Positions 14,033 to 29,038 of a DNA stretch of 64,000 nucleotides are shown here, one piece after another. Origin of the DNA: Eledone cirrhosa (taxonomy: Eukaryota); the NCBI GenBank assembly GCA_964016885.1, contig OZ024743.1, positions 265,918,001 through 265,982,000 of the forward strand, given 5' to 3'. Position 1 is the stretch's first letter. Each line of letters starts with the position of its first letter. A program made the position numbers and the translations under genes. Under the pieces are notes generated by a model that was not told where the DNA came from, ran no database searches, and saw only the letters and a list, made by a program, of their open reading frames with translations.

Positions 14033-15745
14033 AAATGATAAGGTATAACGTACCACTGCTTGTTAGCCTACTCGTCAATAACACATTTCCTTTCCATATA
14101 GAAACACCTAATATTACCCAACATATATGCATTTCCACATACTCAGACAGAAGACATATACATGCAACCGATATTACCACCTTTTCTATGGAAATATCCA
14201 GACGTACTGCAGTAGTAAATCTGAACATTACCATAAACCAACCATATTCTAAATTATTTCACACACACCACCCACTAACATCGTGATTTACTCAAAGTAC
14301 GCCCAAGTTTGCGCACCCAGAGACTTGCTCACATATTAATATATTTTACATACACGTGTACACATACACTGGCACAGAAAATACATATACAAACGTTTGG
14401 TATTACATCATCGCCAATCCCCTTCAAACTCACTCTTTCCACGACGCAAGCCACTCACTTTCTTTTGCAATACTTATCGAACACATACACACAGTGAGAC
14501 TCTTCCTTGCTTTTCCTAACATACAACAACATCTCATGCATTCTTTACCTAAAACACAGCATACTCCCTTTTTTCAAGCGCATTTGTCACATATATTGAC
14601 TTTAATTTCATTATTTGCAAAAAATATATACTTAACTCCATGAGCTCGTGTTTCCTAGAATTGCATGTAACACCTTGAAACAAACATCGTTTTTTCTCTC
14701 TCATCTCTTTCCTGCCTCCTTCCACCATAACTCCAATTCACCAATCTTATAATATCATATCTTCTCCATTCTTGATGCATGCCATTGTCAAAGTGATAAA
14801 ATGCTGAATATACAAGCCGACGGTGTGCTTTCAATAGAAAGCTCGGGCTACTGAAATTCACTTAAGATAGAAAATGCCTTGAACATCACAACATATTATT
14901 TACGTTTAAATAATAGTTGGTATAATTATAAAATAATATAACACAATCTGTTAAAAATCATACAAATATTACTCAACTGATACAATAACGTCTTTAATTT
15001 AGGCAACGTAGTTTCATATATGCATAAAAATCGAAATGGATATTGGTGAGGTTTTTGCATTTATCCGGGCTGGTGTGGTGATAAAAGGTAACATTGGAAG
15101 CTAGTTTTGGTTCAGGCAGTAAACTGACATGTTAAATTCCTCTGATCTGACAAAAAAGAAACTATCAAATTATTGATGTCTGTAGAACTACATTAAGTAT
15201 GATCCTCTCTTCTATTGAAAGCTAGTCTTCTGGCAAAACAAGAGAAATCTATATTAAACATTGGGATTTCTATTCAATCAATACAATCACAGTTGGAAAT
15301 GTTAAGAAATTGTAATAAAACATGCCGGAAAATTTTACAAAATATAAAATTACTGCAAAGGCAGATATAAACGTAATTGCATATTTCGACCGCTACTATC
15401 TACATTCGCTTTGCTTCGATTTAAATTTCATGAAGACGTACGTACATATGCACACAAACATCCCCCCCCCCTCTCTCTCTCACTCTTTCTTTCCATATAT
15501 CTATTAATCTATTTATGTATATATACATATATTATTAGTGTGATTTTTCTTCTGTGGGTGATCACACACCCGATACACACACACACGCACAAATATACAT
15601 ACACACACACACACACACACACGCACACATATATATATATATATATTATCTTCGACCTTTAAACGGTTACTATCAGCTCGATTCTAGGATTGATTCGCTC
15701 ATCTGATGATATGGAAATTATAATCGGAATATTTACATCTGTCTC

Positions 15746-15810
<65 letters not shown>

Positions 15811-16094
15811 AATACGAAAGGAAAACCAAAGTGGTTAACCAAATTCAATCTGTTTTTTCTACAACAACTTCTACGAGGAAAGATGTAGCTCTAGTTTAAT
15901 TAAAAGTACGTGTATGAACAACTTGGAGTAAGATTCCTAAAAGGATATTGTCCAAATCCATCGAAACGATTCTCTTTATACGGAATCAAATGATAAGAAC
16001 GTTAACAAGATCATTTTCTGCCTACAAATGCAAGCATGTGTTGATATATAAAGAAGATACACCGTTAGGTTTCCTCGCAGTCCCATTAATATAA

Positions 16095-16278
16095 CTGTTT
16101 CTACATTTGGCACAAGGCCAGCAATTAACCAGTACATTACTGGTATTTTATTTTATCGACCCCGTAAGAATGAAAGGCAAAGTTAACCTCGGCGGGATTT
16201 TAACTCAAACCATAAAGGGGCGTAACTATGCTGGAAAGCATGTCGTCAACTCTCTACCGATACTGCCAATCCACCGCC
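16095..16278 (-). mobile_element. tRNA-derived SINE
   Basis: A-box TGGCAGTATCGG, degenerate B-box, shared body TTTGCCTTTCAT.CTTACGGGGTCGATAAAATAAA.TACCAG. Flanking direct repeat CCATTAATATAAC. Confidence 0.85.
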
Positions 16279-17231
16279 ATTAATATAACGCCACCTTATT
16301 TACCACGGTGTTTGCTTTCAATGGTGATCAGTCAAATACATGTTCACGTTAGAATGACAGGGTACTCTAATCAAGCTGATATCTGATCGTAACCTGGATA
16401 GTGTTAATATATAAGTATGCAGATATAACCATGTCGGAGATAGATGTTACCGATTAATCAATAACAACAATTAATCTCTGGGTGGTGGTGCATTCAATAA
16501 GATATAAGGAATGTTTAAGTAGGGAGTGAAATCAAAACTATTACTAACTTACGAGAAACAATTCACCTATTGTTTAAGCATCATTCTTACCTAATAGATG
16601 GAAAAAGCTAGTATATAAGGGCAGACACCGAATAGGTTGCGATAATAAATTAAACGGAGTTATAATTTACTGAACTAGAAATAATAGGAACTCCTATGCA
16701 AGCAAGTTGATCACAAAAGTAAACCTATTACCGTGTGTTCAATCACATATTACGATTTTGCGATTATTACTAAAGTCTAATTAGTACCTAATAGATGTAA
16801 ATGCAGATTGATGCAACTATATTAGGCGAAGGACTCTATATGCTTCAATAAATTAAAACATCTATTGGGTTACTATGAGATTTATACATCTATGCGCGTT
16901 GCAGCTTTCCCACTAATGGTCCTACAAAAACAAACGTTCAAATGGGATCTAGATACCAGTGCAGGACCGCTTTCAAAGCCTTCTCCATAGTTGGAAACTC
17001 CCAGGAAAGGTTTAAGGTTAAACCTAATATATCTATCCACAACTGAAAATATATAGTGGTTGCTACAAATTGAGGTCTATCTCTCTAACCTCATATATCT
17101 GCAAATAATGGAATGAGTTCTCATAGGAAACTGATTACGATTTTGAAAAAAAAACAATGGCTGGGACAAAATTGCCTAACAGAGCTTTTAGAAAAGTACA
17201 ACAGTGTGTTTAAAAGGCTCAAACCGCCTAA

Positions 17232-17590
17232 ACGTGTACGATATATATCTGGACTTAACAAAGTCATGAGATAAAGTTGACGATGGAACAACATGTCGTA
17301 AACTATGTTGGCTCGACATGGTTCGTGTGTCTAATTAAATAAAATTAGCCAGGTAGGTGTGGCGCGTTCACACACACATACACACACACATATATTAGGG
17401 ACACAAGTGCGGATTCTCGAAAGACTCTTAAATTCATTACAGTAGCAAAGCCATGACACGCATCATGTTCATGTGTGTGTATATATATATAGTAATAATT
17501 GTTTCTACTTTTGACACAAGGCCAGCAATATCCCAGTACATTACTGGTACTTTATTTTATCGACCCCGTAAGGATGAAAGGCAAAGTTAA
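17232..17590. repeat. Left arm of an inverted duplication (partner 21848-22332)
   Basis: GGACTTAACAAAGTCATGAGATAAAGTTGACGATGG... plus the adjacent partial SINE recur reverse-complemented at 21848-22332. Confidence 0.85.
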
Positions 17591-17795
17591 CCTCAGAAGG
17601 ATTTGAACTCAGAGAGTAATAATAATGATTTCTTATATAGGCAAAAGGCCAGTAATTCGAGGGAGGCGGAAGTCGATTAAATCGACCCCAGTACATTACT
17701 GGTGCTTTATTTTATCGACGCCGTAAGGATGAATGGCAAAGTTAACCTCGGCGGGATTTGAACTCAGACCATAGAAGGCCATAACTCTATGCTGC
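17493..17795 (-). mobile_element. Two adjacent partial SINE copies
   Basis: Same SINE body (CCAGTACATTACTGGT...TTATCGAC.CCGTAAGGATGAA.GGCAAAGTTAACCTC) twice. Confidence 0.8.
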
Positions 17796-17819
17796 AAATA
17801 TATATATATATATATAAAT

Positions 17820-18005
17820 CATCGAGAATCGGAACCTCGGCCCACGAAATAACGAAACACAATCTTCGAAATGTGTGGCAAAGTGCTCAATAGTTTGGAT
17901 AAACCAGAGCTATAACTAACGTTTAAATACCAACACACTGAGACGATGCTTAAACAATCATTCGCACAGCCGAAAAACGCGACCAAGAGAATTCGGGTCA
18001 GACAA
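17820..18005. repeat. Dispersed ~180-bp repeat (second copy 36555-36730)
   Basis: Shared TCGGCCCACGAAATAACGAAA...GTGCTCAAT...AACCAGAGCTATAAC; both copies lie next to (TA)n. Confidence 0.75.
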
Positions 18006-18011
18006 ATAAAA

Positions 18012-18104
<93 letters not shown>

Positions 18105-18209
18105 TTATCATTATTATTACATTATTATTACATATATATATATAAACGAAGTATTTCCGTAGGAAAGCTGAAGGAAAAGAGAGTGCTCTATGTAGGCTAC
18201 AGAGCTTTT

Positions 18210-18582
18210 TAGTTATGTAATAAATAACATAAGATAATTATTTCATTTACCAGTGGTTTCTTGAAGACAGATATTTATGTCTGTCTTGATTGATCAGAAG
18301 AAAACCACTGGTAAATGAAATAATGTTCTTATGTTGTTTATTACATAGCTATATATATATATATATGTATATTTATATTTATTATTTCTCTCTCTATATA
18401 TATATATATATATTTCACCGTATTTTTTTACTAAAGAAATTTTAGTCTGATAATGGGATTTAGAAGCCTCAGATAAATGGAAAAAGATGAGTATTGACGT
18501 CAATACCCATCTTTTTAAATTTATCTGAGGGTTCTAAACACCATTATCAGACTAAAATTTCTTTAGTAAAAAAAACGGTGAA
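18210..18582. repeat. Two local inverted repeats (about 18210-18345 and 18415-18582)
   Basis: TTTCATTTACCAGTGGTTT pairs with AAACCACTGGTAAATGAAA. The second palindrome is centred on GACGTC at ~18497 (also visible as paired near-identical ORFs 18294-18503 and 18494-18841). Confidence 0.8.
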
Positions 18583-18637
18583 AGCTATTCGATTTTCTAA
18601 TTTCAACCTGCTCACTGTTTCAAAACATATTTACATG

Positions 18638-18723
<86 letters not shown>

Positions 18724-18727
18724 CGTT

Positions 18728-21700
18728 TTGAACTGTCTGACACGTATCGACTGGATCACCCGAATGTGCCAATATGGAGATGGACGAACCGCATTGGCTC
18801 ATCCAGATCGTATCTCGATAGGGTATTCTGCACAGAACTAGATAAGTTGTCTATAATTTAAAAGAGTCGACTACACAGATCACATATTTGGGATCTGTGA
18901 CATCGACATAGACATACTTCATAGACAAGGACCCGGTTACTGGAAGCTGTACTTGTCCTTCCCGGCGCGCAAAGCCTACAGAGACCGGATTAGCGTATTA
19001 GTTAAGCGGGCGTTCACGGGAGCGGTCGTCAACAACAGGTGGTGGTTTGCCCTGAAAAGGGCAATTAAAGTAGACTCGATTAGGTTTAGCAAAGGACTAG
19101 TGATAGAGGAAAATAGAGTAGAGGGAGAGCTAGTCAGAATGCTAGAAGAGGCGTTTAGGACAGCCATTGCAACCGACGTGCTTGCGGCGAGATTAGCACT
19201 CGACCAATTCTTCAACGCAAAACACTAGGGCTGCGTTGTCAGAGCTAGAGCGCGTGCTCTGAAACACGAGGGGACGAAAGCCGTCCAATGGGCCCGGATG
19301 GTAGAGGCGCGACGTGGCAACAAAGCCACAATTCAGTCTTTGTCTGACCAAAACGGGCGCGTATTGCTCGAACCCGAGCAGATGTGTCAGGCTTTTCAGC
19401 AGCACTTTGCCGAACTTTTCGGGAGCAGCGGCGGGCCGGAGCCGAGTATGGACTTCAGTGCATACCTCGACGGACTGCCTCGGCTCTCGACGATCGCAGC
19501 ACAGTGTTGCGAAAAGCCAATAACAGCCGGTGAAATACGGGAAGCGATGGCAAACTGCACGAGGGGTAAATCGCACGGGAGCATTCCCAATTTTGTGAGC
19601 CAGGGAGTGGTGGCGCTGCTGAGAAAAGACCCGAATAAGGGGCATGTTATCGATAACTTCAGGCCCATAACTCTGCTAGACGCAGAGTTCAAGATTTTGG
19701 CCAAAGTATTAGCAACGAGGTTGGTGCTTGCCGCCGAGGATCTGGTGGGAGAGGCGCAGACATTCGCCATTCCGGACAAATCCATACACGACAACCTCCA
19801 CCTCATGTGATACATCGTAGAGAGGGTTGTTAAGTAACCTGGCACGGGTGGGGCCCTGATCAACTTGGGTCAATCCAAAGCATTCGACAAGGTCGACCAT
19901 CGGTACCTGGCGGCGGTCCTCGAGGCAGCCGGTTTTGGGCCCGTTTTCAGGGTTGGATCGCTGCGATGTACAGCGACATCTGCTCGGTTGTGAGGGTTAA
20001 CTGTCACCTGTCGCAGCCGTTCAGCATCATACACTCGGTCCGTTAGGGTTGTCCCCACCCCTCTTGTACGTATTGGCTCTCGAGCCGTTACTGCACAAAC
20101 TGGGGGCGATGAGGGGCGTCCAACGCGAACTAGGATGCGGGAAGTCCGAGTCGAGCACCAGACGCTCGGCACTGCTCTCAAGGAATACGAAGCAGTGACA
20201 GGAGCAAATATAAACCAGGAAAAGTCGATGGGCTTAGGGCTCGGCATCTGGAGAGGCAAGTCCATGTCGTCCGACAGCGTCGTGGGGCGTTGGATCGACG
20301 GACCGGTCAAATTGCTTGGGGTCTGGTTCGGACCGGCCCTCCAGCTGGAGAAAAACTGGAGCGAGATGACGAGCAGGGTGGCCTCCCTCACCCAGAAATG
20401 GGCCGAGAGGAAGCTGTCCCTGAAAGGGCGGGCGGAGGTGGTGAATGCGTACATCGCATCCGTGATCTGCTACCGCCTCACCGTCGTCCCTAGCTCCGGC
20501 CCAAGTCTCACCAAAATGGAGCGCCTCCTCTTCCGCTTTTTGTGGAAAGGACGCGCTCTCATGGTCAGACATTCTATCTGCTGTCAACACCCGTTACGTG
20601 GAGGACGGAGCATGCCATGGCTGATGATGCGCAAAAATGCGCTGAGGCTGCAACAACTCTGATGCTTCCTTGACGGTGAACAGGTGTCGTCGCCGTTCGC
20701 CAGGCACGTTTTCCCACAGCTCGTCTCCTTGACGGAGCCGCAGACCTCAGTCAGGAAAAGACCGAAGGATAGCGCTTGGAAATTAGAATGTCTCCAGGCG
20801 CTCACCGCCTTCTGCCAGCTGGGCACCAGTATCGGTGGAACATCCACCTCGGCGTTCTATAGAGGACTAGTGGAGGCGAAGAGCGACGACGTTCTCGGAG
20901 AGATCCTGGGCGTCGAAGAAGATCAGTTGTTTGCTCTCTTCCGGAGAACTTTCAGCCCGGGACCTATGGATAACTTCCAGAAATCCCTGGCCTTGCAGTG
21001 CTACCGGGGAGCGTTGCCGGTTCGAAATAAGCTCTACAGGCACGGAAGTGCGGTTAGCCGAGCTGGTCCGAGATACGCTCTGAGCGACGAAACCGTCGTG
21101 CACGCACTCGTTCAGTGCCCGAGCATTGCTGACTTGTGGAGCTATGTCTAACAGTTGCTGTCGCGTGTAGGACCGGTCAGATTATCGACTGAGTCCATTG
21201 TGCAGATGAAGAGGGCAGGCAGTTTTCATCTGCCTGGTGGCCATGGCGAAAGAGATTGTGTGGTGGACAAGTTTGAAAGAGTTAAAGACAGACACTTTCT
21301 TCTCCGGCGAATCGATTATTAACTTTTTCAATGTTCACTTGAAGAGGAAAATCAGGGTGGAGAGACAAGTGCTGTCTTCTAGCAAGTTTGTTGAAAGGTG
21401 GGTGAATGTAGCGAGAACAGTCCGAGTGAACGGGACCGCTCTGAATATACGCTCGTAGTTTGAGGAATGGAAAAATTGAGAGAGGGCGCTTGCCCTGGTG
21501 ATCAGGTTGGCCGTGGCCGTGTGGTTTTCGCCACGAGTAACCCTCGGACTTTTCCCCCCTCTTGGGGAATTTTTCATTGTTTGAACTTTTCATTTTTATC
21601 ATTTATATATATATATATGTTTCTACGTCTTTTTTTCTTTTTTATATAAATAAGAAAAATCTTTACACGTACAAAACCCACATCGTACCGTCCTGTGCCG

Positions 21701-21749
21701 TCTGTAATGTTTTTCTTAATATCAGCCCTTGTGGCCAATAAAGAAATCA
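18728..21749 (+). mobile_element. L1/Tx1-like LINE copy D, 5'-truncated ORF2 plus 3' UTR, decayed
   Basis: Homologous to copy A from the endonuclease C-terminus (SYLDRV, YTDH, GYWKL) through RT (NFRPITLL) to the 3' end AATAAAGAAATCA(TTA)n. Multiple stops and deletions. Confidence 0.92.
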
Positions 21750-21760
21750 TTATTATTACT

Positions 21761-21824
<64 letters not shown>

Positions 21825-21847
21825 CATTAATATTATTATTTATATTA

Positions 21848-22332
<485 letters not shown>

Positions 22333-22426
22333 GGAGATCGTTTATGTTTTTCACCTCTGGCGTTTGTCTGAGCATTGCATTTTTTCTATCGAAGAATATA
22401 TATATTTCTAACGAAGTATATATATA

Positions 22427-22529
22427 TACAGGACTAGAACTGTTTCAATCGAAGGAAATAATCAGGAAAGCAAAGGCTTTCCTCGTGATTTCCTTCGAAT
22501 GAAACGGTTCTAGTAGTCCTGTAAAAGCC
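22427..22529. repeat. Palindromic pair of degenerate hammerhead-like motifs (same family as 32950 and 57987-58094)
   Basis: TACAGGACTAGAACTGTTTC...CAGGAAAGC aaag GCTTTCCTCGTGA...GAAACGGTTCTAG...TCCTGTA. The cores are mutated. Confidence 0.6.
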
Positions 22530-22893
22530 ATTTATATATTAAACATTGTATATACTCTACTATATATTGAGTAATTTACTGTGGTTGCTCTCGATTGAAC
22601 CCAGGACACACACTCTGACAGACTCATAGATATACTAAATCACAACTCTGAAATCATCTTCAGCACAGAACATATCTATTGAACCAAATATCTGAAAGAC
22701 TGAAAAAAATTCTACATAGTCAAAATTATAGCAAGTGATAATGATTCTAATATAATGCATAATATTTTATACGGCATCCAATCGTTTTTAAATGCAACTG
22801 GCTTACACAGGCACATACGCTGAAAAACATGCACACACACACGCACAAACACGCACGCACTCATACACACACACACACAAACACGCACGCACT

Positions 22894-22943
<50 letters not shown>

Positions 22944-23395
22944 CAGGCACACTAACAGACACACACACACACACACAAACAGTCTCACACACACACACAC
23001 ACTTACACACACACATAAATGAGAAAGATTGTTTCCCTTTTCTTCATGTGTACCATTTACAGATATAAGCAAATTTTGAAGTATGTGTTTGGAGCCGCTA
23101 TTTCTAAAGAAATGTTTCCTAAATTGCTACCTTATGAACAACTTGTAAAACACCGGGCATTTAAGTAACTGCGTCTATATTTTATTTTAGTACATTTAAA
23201 TAAATGCAATACATTTTCTATAGATTCTTTTGTGTGAGTGTGTATTTATGATCCAAATCCCTCCACTGTCATCAGAGTAATTTTTACATGAGTGTATGCA
23301 AGAATATATAAATGAATTGCTGAACAATGCCCTATTCCTAAATCAGTTTTCTTCAGCTGAAAACCTGAGATTGCCTACCTTTAAAACCAACATAA

Positions 23396-23426
<31 letters not shown>

Positions 23427-25565
23427 ACAGAAACCATATCAATTGATCAGTCATTCAGCATATAAGTAGGTATATTTATAGAATGTTCTAAGGTGTGATT
23501 TAAAAGAACATTCCTCTTTGTGGAAATATATAAATAACGCACTTTTCATGATGCCTGCCACTCAAACGATTAATCTATAACCCGAATAAATCTTTCTCGT
23601 TATTCTTTCCTTGAATCCCCAAACTTCCTGGAAAGATATATATGTGGCTGTAGATGTAATGATTAATGAACTTTGATGCTTATGTTACCGTGAATCATAT
23701 TAAAATTATAGAGCATGTTATCTACGAGATTGAATTATGCTCTGTGCTTTATGATTGAGAAAAATATTCATTGACAATTGAAGCAACTAAATAGCGGTTT
23801 CTGTATTATCTATTGAATCTATGAAATATGAATATTTTATAAGCTGTCTTACCTGAGAATCATATATGTTAGCTGCGTTAAATTTTTCCGAGCTGCATAA
23901 ATATCTAAAGAATTAATCTCATTTATTCCTTAATTTTACTTGAAAATCTTGTGTTAGATTAAACTCATTTAGCGATTTGTGATTGATTTAATAGGATGTA
24001 ATATATTGATAACACTATATTGCTGATATGTTCGAAACAACGTAGTAGGTAACTAATTAATCAAAGTTGATAGAGAAAGTTCGTTGCTATTTAAAAATAA
24101 GTAATCTTAATACCCCTAATCATAGATCTTAACTCAAAGAATCGAAGTTTCTACTGGACTCCCTATTTTGAACGCCAGCGTATAAAGTGATAAGTCGTAT
24201 CTCCAAAACAGTAGCTGGTAGGGCAAAGGTGATAGTATATTTGGAATTAACTCTTTCAATATTGTAATCAAGTACTTTTTAATGTCGGTTATGGAAAATG
24301 TGGTTATATCTCAGAAAAATAAGTAAATAGAAAATCTGATATGATTCGAAAACCCATGCTATTTTTGTCTTCAGCTTCCTTCAATTGGTGGAAAACAAGT
24401 CGTAGATATGTCAACAAAAACTGTGCTGCCCGAGGATATTAGTTTTAGAATGCTTAATATTCTTAATATTTCACATAAAGAAGAAAATACTAAGAAACAA
24501 AAAGATTCGTAAGTGGACACAGGCAGTCGTGGTGTAAAAACCATATCTCAAAAAGAAAACAACGTGTTGGGAACAGAATTGTAAACAATAATTCTATTAA
24601 AATAAAGAAATAGATCTCCGTGCGGGAATTTATATGTGTTTGTCAGTCCCTGTATGTGTGTCTGCATGTCAAAATAATTTAAAAAAATCATATGCTAAAC
24701 ACGAACAAACATTTTAAAACTCAGTCGTGATCGAAAGCATAGACTTGCCATTTTAAAATAACAGTGAAGCAGATACTTTAGGCAGACAGCATAAATCAAC
24801 ACTAGTAATGCTATCGCTATTTAAATTATATTTTTGGCATTCTGCTTTTGTCAGGAACGTCACTATAACTAAATTGTATTTTGGGTATTGTTTTCAATAT
24901 ATTTAAACAAGAAAAATCTTTTCACTTTTCTTTTTTTTTGTTTATTCAAACCTTTTATATTGGTTTTAAATGATGCAGTTTTTTTTGTGTTTTATATCTT
25001 ATATTTTTCGTGTGGTATCAAATATTTGACTAGGCTATATATACACATATGTAATATAGTTGACGTACAATCAGAACCTGGGTTCATTTTACGAATTAGT
25101 AGCAAAAACCTCCCTATAAGTGTGTTTAAAATCTAGAAACTGCAAGCTTCGTATACAACTACATATAATAGGATACGCTGAACAATAATTTTGAACAATA
25201 TAGATAATATTGATATGAGTTGATATGGATAACTGGTGACCAGTGAATCTTACAGTGTTCAATTTTGATTTTCATTCTTCCGGTTTTGATATCATAATGT
25301 ACCAGTCAAATACTGGTGTCAATTTAATAAACTTTATCATCTCCACTGAGTCACTTGCTTCCTGTGAGCACGATGATTGCCAGAATCAGCAGAGTGGGCA
25401 AAATATACCATTGAACATATACTTATAACATTTTCTGTCCTATTTTAAAATATTACATTGTTATGTTGTAGGGAAGTTCACTTCAAAACTACGTTGTTTC
25501 TCTGATTTATTCCCAATACATTGGGTAAGAGTCCTCTACTATAGCCTTGTTTTGGCCAAGTCGTG

Positions 25566-25662
<97 letters not shown>

Positions 25663-25739
25663 ATGTGTGTGTGTGTGTGTGTGTGTGTTCATTTTGATGA
25701 TTGAAAGATTATCATTATTATTCATATTTATTTGCACAA

Positions 25740-26560
25740 TGATCTTATTAACACTAGATCATTTAAGTGACGCCCTCTCAATGTATTATATATAAACTCA
25801 GATAGACGGTACTTTCTACAGGATATTTGCTGTCTCTAATAGTGTTGTTTTGATGCAATGTCGTAATGCTGGGATTGATTCCAATTATGTTAAGGATTTT
25901 CTGGACGTTTTCTCTCACCGACGAAAGTCTCCAATCCCAATTGGTACCATTCTTGTTTTCAAATTCCACATTCATTACATCTATTCTCAGGTCTGCATAC
26001 CTTACAATCTCTTCTTTTTTCTTTCCATTGATATCTTGGTCTACTGGGAAAGATACATCGATCAAAATATCCCTCCTTTCAGTACTTTTCTTCATCAAAA
26101 TTATGGCTGGTCTTTTATGTTCAAGAACTGTTTCTGTCTGGATTGTAAAGTCCCACAAGATTTTGACAGTTTGATTTTCTCTGATCCTATCTGGCTTGTA
26201 CTGACGTTATTGCTTAGTGGTTGCAAACCAATATTTCTTGCATAAAGGTCAATTGAGTTGTAAACACACTTTATCGTGATGCCTATTATATTCCCTCTGC
26301 TCATGTACAATGTGTATCACACATTCCACCTTCTTTCCACATAACCAACATATATTTGTTTCATATTCATTATCGAGTAAATGTTTAGTGCTTGATATTG
26401 AGCAACTATTAATAAACCTCAACTTTTTTCAACCAATTCCATCAAGATTCTGCATTTCCTCCCTTGGTTTTTCTTTCAAATTCATGTTATTCTATACTCC
26501 CCTTTGGGCTTGGATTATCTGCCAGCACTCACTGTGATGTTCTTAATTTCAATCGTTTCA
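25740..26560 (-). mobile_element. R4/Dong-like non-LTR retrotransposon 3' fragment (restriction-like endonuclease), decayed
   Basis: ORF 25778-26158 reads WDFTIQTETVLEHKRPAIILMKK...ILIDVSFPVD...K.EEIVRYADL, matching the RLE pattern WD..I.T.....H.RPDI...IDV..P.D. Confidence 0.8.
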
Positions 26561-28142
26561 ATGCAATGGCTTTAACGTCTATCAACTTAAAACTTCATAT
26601 TTACTAGTGGCCAAATACAAGTGTAAGGAACTGTATTACTTAGACATGTATAACTGCACGCTGTATGCACATTTGTCAGAATCTGTTATCAGTATCAGAC
26701 AATATACTCTCCAGCGTTTAGTTAATACATTTTGCGTTCTATAATCAAAGTTAACCAAATTGAATATGAGTATTATTCTCAGGAAATCCATAAAATACGT
26801 AAAGATAATAATGCTATGTTTAGAATAATAAACAGTAACTCTACCTTAAATGCGTAGTTTGTATAAGAAATAATTATTATTACCAAAAGGTGCTGGACAT
26901 TCTGTACTTTTCAAATTTTGTTGTTAGTAAATCTAATAATATTGTTGTTATTCTTGTCAGATTTGACAACACGTATGGACATATTGGACACCACCGTTCC
27001 CCTACATAAAATAGAGTGCCTCTCCTTGTGAACTTGCAATTCGACGGGTATAGTAAGTCTATAGATTCCCGATTGACATCTCCTATAACACCCGGTGTGT
27101 CTACCTTTACGTGTGAGGGGACTACGGTAGTGGAAGCACTTCGTTGACACGTATGTTCACGTGTTAAGAAACCACTGCAACGGTATATCTGCGGTCCCTC
27201 CCCAAATCACCGAATTTTGATTTGCGCTGGATAGAAAATAATGGGCTTCAAAATCTACTTGCATGTCAAATTTTATAAAGACAAACGTACGTGTCATTCT
27301 CTAAAATTTTCCTGTCATTAAACTAGCTACAAGCAAAATAAGCAAGAAGGCCCGAGAAAACAAATGCCATAGGTTCAAAGTAAGTGTATCCTTCTTATGT
27401 GTGCAACAACTTAAATGTACATATACGTGTATATCCAGATGCGTATGAACAAATTGTTAAATAGTCGACCTTGTAACAGTTTTAGTTTCTCATTCCAAGT
27501 GGTAACAAAAATGGACCTCTTCCTTCACTTAGTAGACTCTGTAGTGTTGTTAGTTCAGTGGTCGACAGCCCTACTATACTGATAATACAAAATGTGTTCT
27601 TGAGTTAATATTTACCGATAGAATTCCAGAACATATACGAATACATATCCGAACACATATACGCAAATACACACACTCACACACACATACACTCATACAC
27701 ACACAATGAACCGTTACTCCACGTGCTTAGAAAGATTCTACATATTTGCAAGAACTTTGGTTAACATATAGACAGTCACCAACCACAACCGGGCACACCT
27801 ATCTTATCCCCACCCCTAATTGTATACCTTTACCGTCTATTTCATCTTTATAACACTACACAAAACATAAAAGGAGTGCCCTTTCTACAAAATTATAACA
27901 TCTATAATATCTATCTAATATGTTTTCGACAAGATCTAATTACACTGTATATATATATATGTATATATGTATGTATGTATGTATAATGAAATTAATATGG
28001 TTTTATAAATATAGTTTCCATTTGTTAATATATCGTATTTTTACTCCAATAATTTATTGAGTGCTTTATATCAGTTATAAAGATATTTGCTTGTTGTAAA
28101 AATATTTGCTTGTTGTATCCCAACAATTTAAATATAACTTCT

Positions 28143-28189
<47 letters not shown>

Positions 28190-28364
28190 GGGGCTAATAA
28201 TGCTTGTAAGCTACCGGAATTAGAAATTAGAAATATGATTGCTCAGGCCGGTTGTTCTTCCAAATCATTTAAATTAGTGTCTCACCATGACTGCAGTTCA
28301 AAAAGTGCAACTAGTGAAGAGATAAAAGTATACACACAATTACACACACACTCACACACATACA

Positions 28365-28467
<103 letters not shown>

Positions 28468-28986
28468 GTGTGTAAATGTGTTTATTTTTTCTATCTTTCT
28501 CAGAATCACTTATAGACGAACGACAATATCACTGATTCAAACAGAGTTTCAGCAACAATTGTTTGCAAATATCGCGTGCTTTCTCGAGCCAGGAGACGAG
28601 TTAGTAGTACGGTGTAAATTAGTGAGAATAGAAACCGCATTGGGAGGGAAACGATGTGCTCGGATAAACGTGTCTACTTTTTAGGGGGCAATGTTAAACC
28701 GAATAATAAGCAGGATTTGTACAGGTGAAATATCGCTGGCCTTCCGTCTATATATTTGTTATCCGCAAATATGCCATTATCTGCCCTATACTTCAGTATT
28801 GTGTACAGTGGTATCTCAGAACAACTACCACGATAGCCCATAACAGAAGGCAGAAAAACAGTTTTAAATCTTGATCTATGTGCCTTCTGGAAGCATCAGT
28901 GATGCTAAAAACTGCAGTGTCAAATGTAATCGGAGGTTCACTGTATACATACTCGCGCACGCACACACACACACACACAAATATAT

Positions 28987-29038
<52 letters not shown>

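Noticed and set aside
23595-23650. FLESPNFLERY as the missing CUB N-terminal exon
   Set aside because: There is an in-frame stop shortly upstream with no AG acceptor in between, and the conserved Cys-Gly is absent.
27333-27378. Possible small exon ending in AA|GTAAGT
   Set aside because: Weak acceptor, no recognisable peptide and no independent support.
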